From: Anaerolineae bacterium
Lineage (GTDB): Bacteria > Chloroflexota > Anaerolineae > B4-G1
DNA length: 34,336 nt
Direction of reading: 5' to 3'
Assembly: GCA_035529535.1 (NCBI GenBank)
Contig: DATKWP010000118.1
Coordinates: forward strand, 1 to 34,336
Shown: positions 27,170 through 34,336 of the stretch, in pieces
Layout of the letters: every line of letters starts with the position of its first letter
Position numbering within the stretch: the stretch's first letter is position 1
Notes under the pieces: generated by a model
Databases searched by the model: none
What the model saw: only the letters and a program-made list of their open reading frames with translations
What the model was told of the DNA's origin: nothing
Translations under genes and position numbers: made by a program

Positions 27170-28327
27170 TTATCGCAGTTGTTCGGGCAGGCCGGAGGGC
27201 CTTGCCACACTGTCCGCGCCAATCCGATACCAGAATAACGGCGCGCTGCCCCAATTCCGCCCACCATCGAACTCGATCTGCCCCAGGAGGCCGGTTCGCT
27301 TCACGGTCGCCAGCGCCGCCGCTACTCCCTCTCGCGTCGGCGTTCCGTGGGCGACGACGTCCTGCTCCAACGCCTCCAATAATACCCACGTCGCCTCGTA
27401 GGCCGGCAACGCCAGCGGCCCGGGCGGCGGCACGTCGGGGGAGAGGGCACGGTAGGCGGCTATGAATTCGGCGCTCCCTGCTACGTCGGCCGGCAAGGGC
27501 CACGGCGTGACGAAGAGCGCCCCTGTGGCCACCTCGCCCGCCACGGCAGCAAAGTCGGCCGCGGCCAGGTCCGGCCCGCCCAGGAAGGTCCCCTCCCAGC
27601 CGGTCCCGCGCAAGGCCGCCACCACCTCTCCCGCCCTCACCGGATCGGCGTCACAGACCACCGCGTTTGCTCCCGACGCGGAAACCGCCTGAAGCCAGGC
27701 CGGGTCGCTCGAAGAGGCGGCGGCCAGGAGTGGCGTCTGGCGCTGAGAAGCGGCTGCGGCCAAGGCCGCCCCCAGCGGGCCACCGTCGGTCACCAGGGCG
27801 AGCCTGACCGGCCCCGAGTGCGCCTCGACCCGCTCCAGCAGCGCTTCGGCCAGCGCCTCAACGGGGGGACCCAGGCGGTACACGGCGGCCTCGCCCTGGC
27901 CGAGGTCAGGAGCCAGCGCTGCCGGGGCGACGAGCGGGATGCCCGCCTGGGCGTAGATGCTCGCTGCCGCCGCGGTCGCCCCCTCGCGGAAGTGGCCGAT
28001 GGCGGCGACGACGTCCGGGTCCACCGCCAGTTTGCGGGCCTGCTGGGTGGCCTGGTCCAGATCGGCCCCGTCGTCGTAGGCCACCAGTTCGACGTTATAG
28101 CCCCCCACCCCGCCCGCACCATTGGCCTCCCGCAACGCCAGCCTGGTAGCGTAGATGACGTCGTAGCCCACGTAGCGGTAGCGCCCCTCGAACGGAGCGA
28201 CCAGCCCGATCTTCACCGTGGGGCGGACGGTGCCGGGGAAGCGGCAGGCAGCCAAAAGAAACACGCAACACACAATACAGAACACGTGTTGCGTATTGCG
28301 TGTACCGTGACTACTGCGCCCCGCCAC
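27170..28327 (-). CDS. Periplasmic-binding-protein type 1 (LivK/Peripla_BP_6-like) ABC substrate-binding lipoprotein
   Basis: VKIGLVAPFEGRYRYVGYDVIYATRLALREANGAGGVGGYNVELVAYDDGADLDQATQQARKL and AAIGHF fit the branched-chain amino acid/amide SBP family. A lipobox-like LLAAC follows the hydrophobic VFCIVCCVF. The start is uncertain: ATG 28327 overlaps the mltG 3' end by 17 nt. No permease or ATPase genes are adjacent. Confidence 0.75.
   Translation of the reverse strand: MAGRSSHGTRNTQHVFCIVCCVFLLAACRFPGTVRPTVKIGLVAPFEGRYRYVGYDVIYATRLALREANGAGGVGGYNVELVAYDDGADLDQATQQARKLAVDPDVVAAIGHFREGATAAAASIYAQAGIPLVAPAALAPDLGQGEAAVYRLGPPVEALAEALLERVEAHSGPVRLALVTDGGPLGAALAAAASQRQTPLLAAASSSDPAWLQAVSASGANAVVCDADPVRAGEVVAALRGTGWEGTFLGGPDLAAADFAAVAGEVATGALFVTPWPLPADVAGSAEFIAAYRALSPDVPPPGPLALPAYEATWVLLEALEQDVVAHGTPTREGVAAALATVKRTGLLGQIEFDGGRNWGSAPLFWYRIGADSVARPSGLPEQLR
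28259..28314. repeat. Eight heptamer units forming an imperfect ~50-bp palindrome centred on AACACGTGTT (28281-28290)
   Basis: The units are AAACACG CAACACA CAATACA GAACACG | TGTTGCG TATTGCG TGTACCG TGACTAC. They are related to family III. The block lies inside the predicted signal-peptide coding region of the SBP gene and reaches the mltG stop codon. Confidence 0.8.
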
Positions 28328-29456
28328 ACATCTGATAGTTGCTGAGATGTTCTTCCTCCGTCACGGCAAAGAGGTGGCTGCCGTCGTTCTTCTGGCAGTC
28401 AGCGAGGAAGAAGTAATAGTCCGTAGTGGCCGGATAGGCAGTGGCCTGGATCGAGGCCAGGCCGGGGCTACAGATCGGCCCCGGCGGCAGGCCCAGGTGG
28501 CGGTAGGTATTGTAGGGAGAATCCAGGTCGGTGGCCTCGGGCGTAAACTGGGGCCACCAATTGTCGGGGGTACCCAGCCCGTACTGCACGGTGGGACAGG
28601 CCCCCAGGTACCAGCCCGAGTCCAGGCGATTGTAGTAGACCCCCGCGATGAGCGGGCGCTCCTGCTCCAGCACTGCCTCCCGTTCAACGATGGAGGCCAG
28701 CGTAATCAGTTGGTGGGCGTTCAAGCCACGGTTCGCCGCGGCGGCCCGCATCTCCGGCGTCACACGAGCGGCGAAGGTCTCTAACATGCGGCTCACCAGG
28801 TCCATGGCCGTAGCCTGTTCGGGCAGCCGGTAAGTCTCGGGGAACAGGAACCCTTCCAGGGTCGCCCCCTGGGGTAGATCGGACAGGAAATCGAAGCCCA
28901 GGCCCGCGTCCCGCCACCCGCCGGTCACCAGGGCCAGGAACTCTTCCCGGGGAACGTTCGTCTGCGTCGCCACCACGGCCGCCACCTGCTCCAGCCGCAA
29001 CCCCTCCTGAATCGTGACGGTCTGTTCGTGGCGCTGCCCTTCCTGCAACGCTTGCGCAATCTGGGGGATCGTCATCGTCTGGCGCAAAGTGAACTCGCCA
29101 GCCTCGATACCGGCGTCCAGCCCATGATACTGCACGTAGCGGCGGAACAACTCGGCGTCGGAGACCAGCCCCGCCTGCTTCAGCCGGTCGGCGACCTGGA
29201 CGACCGTCTCTCCTGGCTCGACCACGAAGGGGACCGGCGTGTCGTCGCTCCCGGCCGGCTGCTCCAGCTCGCCCGCCCTGGCGTCCAGGTAGACGCCGAT
29301 GAGCGACTTGTCCGGCGCGGACAGCGCACACAGGCTGAGCGAGAACCCCCCACCGCCGGGTGTAGAGCGGTTGAGAAACCGCCCGGCGATGACACCCGCG
29401 GCGACGATGACGAACAACGTCAGGACGAAAACGATCACCCTACCCACGTTCTTCAA
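28311..29456 (-). CDS. mltG: Endolytic murein transglycosylase MltG (YceG-like)
   Basis: TTG 29456 lies 6 nt after GGAGG. An N-terminal TM (RVIVFVLTLFVIVAAGVIAG) is followed by YceG signatures: LASIVEREA, VYYNRL, PTVQY, SPYNTYRHLGLPPGPICSPG, YYFFLA. Confidence 0.9.
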   Translation of the reverse strand: MKNVGRVIVFVLTLFVIVAAGVIAGRFLNRSTPGGGGFSLSLCALSAPDKSLIGVYLDARAGELEQPAGSDDTPVPFVVEPGETVVQVADRLKQAGLVSDAELFRRYVQYHGLDAGIEAGEFTLRQTMTIPQIAQALQEGQRHEQTVTIQEGLRLEQVAAVVATQTNVPREEFLALVTGGWRDAGLGFDFLSDLPQGATLEGFLFPETYRLPEQATAMDLVSRMLETFAARVTPEMRAAAANRGLNAHQLITLASIVEREAVLEQERPLIAGVYYNRLDSGWYLGACPTVQYGLGTPDNWWPQFTPEATDLDSPYNTYRHLGLPPGPICSPGLASIQATAYPATTDYYFFLADCQKNDGSHLFAVTEEEHLSNYQMCGGAQ

Positions 29457-29489
29457 ATTCTGCCTCCATGCTACGATGGACGCCCCGCT

Positions 29490-29939
29490 TCAGCGGGGGT
29501 CTCCCGACTGCATTTCGCACCGGGAGCTGTCCAGGTAGCTCTGCAAGATCACAGCGGCCGCGACCGCGTCCACTTCGCCCTTCGCGCGTACTCGTTGCCG
29601 CTCTTTCCTCTTCCGGCCCTCGCGCAGGATCTCCTCTGCCTCCACCGTTGTGAAACGCTCGTCCCACGAGACCACGCGCACGGGCAGGCAAGCCGCCAGC
29701 GCCCGCGCGTAGCGGGCGATGCGCCGGGCCTGCGGCCCCTCCGTGCCATCCTCGCGCAGCGGCCGGCCCACCACCACCAGTTCGACGCTGTGCTGGGCAA
29801 CGATGGCCGCCAGCGCGGCAAAATCCTCCTCGCGCGAGCCTCGCACCAGCGTCTGCACGGGGCGGGCCACGCTGCCCATAGGATCACTCACGGCAACGCC
29901 CACGCGCCGTTCTCCCACGTCTAACCCTAGCACGCGCAC
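29490..29939 (-). CDS. ruvX: Putative pre-16S rRNA nuclease / Holliday junction resolvase-like protein RuvX (YqgF)
   Basis: VLGLDVGERRVGVAVSD, VVGRPLREDGTEGPQARR, WDERFTTVEAE and VDAVAAAVILQSYLD are YqgF signatures. The start is set at GTG 29939. TTG 29945 and GTG 29933 are alternatives. Confidence 0.88.
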   Translation of the reverse strand: MRVLGLDVGERRVGVAVSDPMGSVARPVQTLVRGSREEDFAALAAIVAQHSVELVVVGRPLREDGTEGPQARRIARYARALAACLPVRVVSWDERFTTVEAEEILREGRKRKERQRVRAKGEVDAVAAAVILQSYLDSSRCEMQSGDPR

Positions 29940-29947
29940 GCCCAACC

Positions 29948-31471
29948 TCAGCTCTGCGGGACCACTTGCACGCTGATGCGCAGCGGGAGCAACGGCATGC
30001 GCCCGATCCATTCCGGCCAGACGGTGATGCGAGGAGGCTCGGCCAATGGGAGTTCTTGCAGCAAGCGCTCGCGCGTATCGGTCACCGGTTGTCCTCGAAT
30101 GAGCGCCACCGCCGCTTTGGTATCCAGGGCGGCAGCCGCGTAGCCGCGAGCCGTGACGAAGAGGGTAAACCGGCCCGGGCCAATGTCCTCTTCGGCCACT
30201 TCGCCCAATTCGAAACGGGCGTTCACCAACCCATAATCTGGCGGCAAGCGGCGCGATAGAACGACGTAGGCCACCGCCTCCGCATTGTCCACGTCCACCG
30301 CCAGCCCGCTCACCAGCAGCCCCATGTTCAGCCCGACCTTGTCAGCCTGCTCCGTGACAAAGTGGGTGTACCCCTCCTTGGACACGGATTCGACGGTCAG
30401 CGACTGGCGCAGGATGATCTCCGTCGGCTCCAGCAGATCGCTGTTGCCCATCTCGACGTAGGCCTGGTCGAGCAATTGCCGGATCAACCGCTTGCGTACC
30501 CGCTCGTAATCGGCCTGGGTGACGACACGCACATCTTGGGGCTCCGCCCCGTGGGTTGGCTCCACGTTGATCACCCGGATGGCGTACGCGGCCACTCCTT
30601 CCATCTGGTTGATCTGGAAGGCGCCCACGTTGCCGACCCCATCCTCCAGCGCCTCGGCCCCCACGGTCGCCTGCCCTCCGGCCGGCACCGCCACGTCGGC
30701 CATGGTGCGGAAGCGGATGGGATAACTGGTGGAGGAAGTGCGCAGCACCGTGCCGGCGGGCACGACATAGTCCTGCGTCAGCAGATTGGTGAGCAGGACC
30801 TCACCCACCGCGCGCCCGGCGGAAACGCTCATGGTACCGGTCGTTTCGACTTCCGAAAACCCTTCGATCTCGACGCCGATCCGCCGCGCCGGGATGACGC
30901 GGTCGGCGTGATTGACCGTCTCGACGTTCGAGTCCGCCGACACCGGCACGATGGTCACAAACTCCTGGCCGGCCGGCACCAGCGTCACCGCCCCACTCGG
31001 CACGATGACGTAAGCGCTGCCCACCAGGACCACGAGCGCCAATAGGAAAATGACGAGGCGGGTGCCCAGGCCAATCCAGTTCAACCAGCGGGCACGGGGA
31101 CGCACCGGGCGTGGCCGGAGGGCGACTCGCTCCTCCCACCAGTGAACAGGGGGTGGCCCGGCCCGCTGCGGCGGGCGAGCGTGCCACACCTCGGTCCCTA
31201 ACGCCTCCTCGACGCTGGGGAAGGCCGGGAAGCCACACCCGCGGGCCAGTTGCCGCCGCTCCGGGTCAGCCGAAACGATGGCGATCTCCAGCTGCCAGCC
31301 TTCGGCCTCCCGCCGCAGGACGTCGAAATCCAACTTGCGGGAGAGAAGGCGCAACTCCCAGGGAAGCACCAACGCCACCCGGCCCCGGTCCAGCCAACTG
31401 AGCCGCTGGCGGACCGAGGCGAGGTCGTCCTCAGATTGCAGTTCTACGACCGAACAGGTTCCAAGGCCCAC
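29948..31471 (-). CDS. Hypothetical single-pass membrane protein (family not recognised)
   Basis: The ORF is 507 codons with coding-type GC3 bias, between alaS and ruvX. It has an N-terminal ~100-aa soluble domain, an Arg/Pro-rich segment, one TM (LGTRLVIFLLALVVLVGSAYVIV) and a ~340-aa beta-rich C-terminal region. The GTG start at 31471 is uncertain. Confidence 0.6.
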   Translation of the reverse strand: MGLGTCSVVELQSEDDLASVRQRLSWLDRGRVALVLPWELRLLSRKLDFDVLRREAEGWQLEIAIVSADPERRQLARGCGFPAFPSVEEALGTEVWHARPPQRAGPPPVHWWEERVALRPRPVRPRARWLNWIGLGTRLVIFLLALVVLVGSAYVIVPSGAVTLVPAGQEFVTIVPVSADSNVETVNHADRVIPARRIGVEIEGFSEVETTGTMSVSAGRAVGEVLLTNLLTQDYVVPAGTVLRTSSTSYPIRFRTMADVAVPAGGQATVGAEALEDGVGNVGAFQINQMEGVAAYAIRVINVEPTHGAEPQDVRVVTQADYERVRKRLIRQLLDQAYVEMGNSDLLEPTEIILRQSLTVESVSKEGYTHFVTEQADKVGLNMGLLVSGLAVDVDNAEAVAYVVLSRRLPPDYGLVNARFELGEVAEEDIGPGRFTLFVTARGYAAAALDTKAAVALIRGQPVTDTRERLLQELPLAEPPRITVWPEWIGRMPLLPLRISVQVVPQS

Positions 31472-31495
31472 GGTCTGCGCCCCACCTGGAGGGGC

Positions 31496-34246
31496 TTAGC
31501 CTCCGATCATCTCTTGCAGCAAACGCGGAGCCGCCTGCAGCGCCTCGTCGAGCCGGCTGGGGTCACGACCGCCCGCCTGCGCCATGGTCGGCTTGCCGCC
31601 TCCGCCCCCATCCACCACGCGCGCGATGCCGCGCACCAGGCGGGTCGCATCCACGCCACGCTCGACCAGGTCGGGAGTCACCGAAACCACCAGCGCGGGC
31701 CGCCCGTCGAGCACCATCCCCAGGACCACCACGCCGGAGCCCAGCCGCTCGCGGAACCAGTCGGTCATCTCGCGCAGCACCTCCACGCTGGGCGCGCTGA
31801 CGCGGACGCTGAGCAACGACACCCCACCCACCAACTGCACCTGGCTCAGAATCATCTCGAACTCGCGGCGGGCCAGTTGTTCCTGGAGGCTGGTGATTTC
31901 CTTGCGGGCCGACTGCAACTCGTCGAGTTGCCCCAACACCCGGCGGTCCACTTCGTCGGGTGAGGCGCCCAGGTAGGCCGCCGTACGTCGCAAGACGTCC
32001 AGTTGGCGTTCCACCAGGTCCACCGCCATGCGGCCGGTCACGGCCTCGATGCGGCGCACTCCGGCTCCTACCCCCTCCTCCGACACGATGTGAAACAGGC
32101 CCATCTCCCCCGTCTCGTGCAGATGGGTGCCGCCGCACAGTTCCTGGCTGAAGGGTTCGCCCGGCCACCCGACGCGCACGACCCGCACGACGTCGCCGTA
32201 CTTTTCACCAAACAGGGCGATGACCCCTTCACTGATGGCCTGGCGATACTTTTCCTCGGCCACATCCACCGGGTAATTCGCCAGGATCGCATCGTTGACG
32301 GAGCGGGTCACCGCATCCAACTCGTCCTCGGTCAGCATGGTCGGGTGTGTGAAGTCGAAACGCAGCCGCTCAGGCGTGACCAGCGACCCGGCCTGCTGGA
32401 CGTGGTCCCCCAGGATGTAGCGCAACTCGCTCTGTAAGAGGTGCGTGGCGGTATGATTGCGGGCGACGTCCATGCGCTGCTCATAGTTCACGATCACCCA
32501 CGCCACGTCACCGACCCGCGGGCGGCCGCTCTTGACCGTACCGGCGTGGATGATCAGCCCTGGGACGGCCCGCCGCGCTTCCTGTACCTCGATCTCCCAG
32601 ATCGGTTCGTCCCCTTCCGGTGGGTAGGCCGCCATGAAGCCGGTATCGGAGACCTGGCCACCGGACTCGACGTAGAAACAGGTCTCCGGCACCACGACCT
32701 CGACCCGCTCCCCGGCCTTGACCGACTTGAGCGGCTCGCCGTCCTGCAAGATGGCCACCACGGTGGTCTCCAGTTCGGTGGTCGCGTAGGGGTCGTGGAG
32801 CACGCCGTCCTCGTCCAGCAGATGCTGCGCCTGCAAGTCGGCCAGGACTTGCCTGTAGCGCTTCAGTGCCTCTTCGTCACGGGTCTCGAGCGTGTCGACC
32901 CGCCGGGCACGCTGGCGCTGTTCTTCCAGCGCCGCTTGATAGCCCGCCTCGTCCACGCTCAGGCCGCGTTCGCGGGCCACGTCCCGCGTGATCTCCAACG
33001 GCAGGCCAAAGGTATCGTAGAGCCGGAAGGCCACGTCGCCGGGTACAGCCTGGTCTCCCGCCTCCTTCAGCCCGGCCAGCACCTCATCCAGGCGCACCAG
33101 GCCCACGTCGAGGGTGCGCAGGAAACGGGCCTCTTCCTGGGTGATGGTGGTGAGAATGAACTGGCGCCGCGCGCGGAGTTCGGGGAAATGGGGGCCCATC
33201 GTATCAATCACGGCATCGGCAACCTCGGCCAGGAAGGACCGGTCAAAACCCAGTTCACGCCCAAAGCGAGCCGCCCGGCGCAGGACCATGCGCAGCACAT
33301 AGTTGCGCCCCTCGTTGCCCGGCAGGACGCCGTCGCCGATGAGGAACGTGATCGCCCGTCCGTGGTCCGCGACAACGTGGTAGGCGACCATGTTCTCCTT
33401 CACCTGGGCGTCGGTATGGCCCGTCATCTCCTGCACGCGCCGCAAGATGGGCGTAAACAGGTCGGTGTCGTAGTTGGAATCCACCCCTTGCAGCAGGGCG
33501 GCCATGCGCTCGAACCCCATGCCGGTGTCCACGTGCCTGGCCGGCAACGGGTGCAAGGCTCCGCTCGCATCCTTGTTGTATTGAATGAAGACCAGGTTCC
33601 ACAACTCGACGAAGCGGCCGCAATCGCCGTTCACCTGGCAAACGTGCCCTGGCTCTCCCTGCAAGCGGCAGGCCTCAGGACCGTAGTCGTAGTGGATCTC
33701 GCTACACGGCCCGCAGGGGCCGGTATCGGCCATCTCCCAGAAATTGTCCTTGGGGCCGAAATAGAGGATGTGCTCGGGGACGATGTCCGTCTCCGAGCGC
33801 CAGAGATTGGCCGCCTCCTCGTCCGTCTCCAGTTGGCCCGCCTCGTCCTTGAAGACGGTGGCCCACAAGCGCTCCTTCGACAACTCCCAGACGCCGGTCA
33901 GGAGTTCCCAGGCCCAGGTGATGGCCTCTTTCTTGTAATAGTCGCCGAAGGACCAGTTGCCCAGCATCTCGAAGAAGGTATGATGATAGCCATCGCGGCC
34001 CACGGCATCCAGGTCGTTGTGCTTGCCGGAGACACGCATGCACTTTTGGGTGTCCGCAACGCGGGTGTAGGGCCGGCTGCCCAGCCCCAGGAAGACGTCC
34101 TTGAACTGGTTCATGCCGGCGTTGGAGAACAGCAACGTAGGGTCGTCCACCGGCACCAGGCTGGCGCTGGGTACGATGGCGTGGCCACGGGCGGCAAAGA
34201 AATCGAGATAGGACTGGCGCACTTCTGCGCTGGTCATTTTCTGCAT
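31496..34246 (-). CDS. alaS: Alanine--tRNA ligase
   Basis: The match to AlaS is full-length: MTSAEVRQSYLDFFAARGH, FSNAGMNQFK, QKCMRVSGKHNDL, HHTFFEMLGNWSFGDYYK, the editing-domain HTATHLL and CGGTH motifs, and a C-terminal DHHA1-like GGGGK. AAGAGGAAC SD before ATG 34246. Confidence 0.97.
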   Translation of the reverse strand: MQKMTSAEVRQSYLDFFAARGHAIVPSASLVPVDDPTLLFSNAGMNQFKDVFLGLGSRPYTRVADTQKCMRVSGKHNDLDAVGRDGYHHTFFEMLGNWSFGDYYKKEAITWAWELLTGVWELSKERLWATVFKDEAGQLETDEEAANLWRSETDIVPEHILYFGPKDNFWEMADTGPCGPCSEIHYDYGPEACRLQGEPGHVCQVNGDCGRFVELWNLVFIQYNKDASGALHPLPARHVDTGMGFERMAALLQGVDSNYDTDLFTPILRRVQEMTGHTDAQVKENMVAYHVVADHGRAITFLIGDGVLPGNEGRNYVLRMVLRRAARFGRELGFDRSFLAEVADAVIDTMGPHFPELRARRQFILTTITQEEARFLRTLDVGLVRLDEVLAGLKEAGDQAVPGDVAFRLYDTFGLPLEITRDVARERGLSVDEAGYQAALEEQRQRARRVDTLETRDEEALKRYRQVLADLQAQHLLDEDGVLHDPYATTELETTVVAILQDGEPLKSVKAGERVEVVVPETCFYVESGGQVSDTGFMAAYPPEGDEPIWEIEVQEARRAVPGLIIHAGTVKSGRPRVGDVAWVIVNYEQRMDVARNHTATHLLQSELRYILGDHVQQAGSLVTPERLRFDFTHPTMLTEDELDAVTRSVNDAILANYPVDVAEEKYRQAISEGVIALFGEKYGDVVRVVRVGWPGEPFSQELCGGTHLHETGEMGLFHIVSEEGVGAGVRRIEAVTGRMAVDLVERQLDVLRRTAAYLGASPDEVDRRVLGQLDELQSARKEITSLQEQLARREFEMILSQVQLVGGVSLLSVRVSAPSVEVLREMTDWFRERLGSGVVVLGMVLDGRPALVVSVTPDLVERGVDATRLVRGIARVVDGGGGGKPTMAQAGGRDPSRLDEALQAAPRLLQEMIGG

Positions 34247-34300
34247 AGGTTCCTCTTACTTGTCCAGATTGGGTGGCTTGTGGGCCAGAATACGGGCGGT

Positions 34301-34329
34301 ATTTTAGCCGGAAGGGAGGAAACTGTCAA
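34301..34329 (-). promoter_or_regulatory. Candidate sigma70-type promoter for alaS
   Basis: Minus strand: TTGACA (34329-34324), 17-nt spacer, TAAAAT (34306-34301). It lies about 55 nt upstream of the alaS ATG. Confidence 0.6.
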
Positions 34330-34336
34330 ACGGGGG

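Overview
GC-rich bacterial chromosomal window with strong G/C third-position bias. I call 27 protein-coding genes (one cut off by the window edge) and one tRNA-Thr(CGU). Gene content suggests a Chloroflexota-like organism (actinobacterial-type RodA/PbpA, type-2 IDI, archease-RtcB), but that is a low-confidence inference.

Housekeeping genes:
- Two tandem S41 C-terminal processing peptidases, then smpB.
- acpP, divergent from fni plus a polyprenyl diphosphate synthase.
- udk.
- archease-rtcB.
- pdp, divergent from an MtaD-like deaminase.
- The conserved alaS-(unknown)-ruvX-mltG block.

Observations worth a second look:
1. A tightly packed minus-strand cluster (8630-15960). It holds a pyrrolysine-free MttB-family methyltransferase, a DxHxxG corrinoid protein, an unusual Cys-rich Fe-S protein and a MetE-like (cobalamin-independent methionine synthase fold) enzyme. 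An MFS transporter, a creatininase-family hydrolase and an unknown beta-rich protein follow. No pterin-type methyltransferase or RamA-type activase is present in the window. This is my best candidate for an undescribed methyl-transfer system.
2. A single 936-aa ORF fuses a RodA-type SEDS polymerase to a class-B PBP-like domain that has lost all three transpeptidase motifs. The junction is encoded by tandem DNA repeats.
3. Tandem 7-nt repeats of a few recurring families fill most of the longer intergenic spacers. They supply SD sequences and run into coding regions.
4. An 89-bp tandem repeat is built from three mutually exclusive hairpins, with compensatory changes between hairpin copies.
5. 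Two copies of a ~75-80-nt element share conserved inverted termini.
6. Unusual domain fusions: MtaD+CYTH-like and PqqD-like+MEMO.

Many long ORFs in the six-frame track are antisense or out-of-frame shadows typical of high-GC DNA, and I rejected them. All family assignments come from motif recognition by eye. No database search was run.
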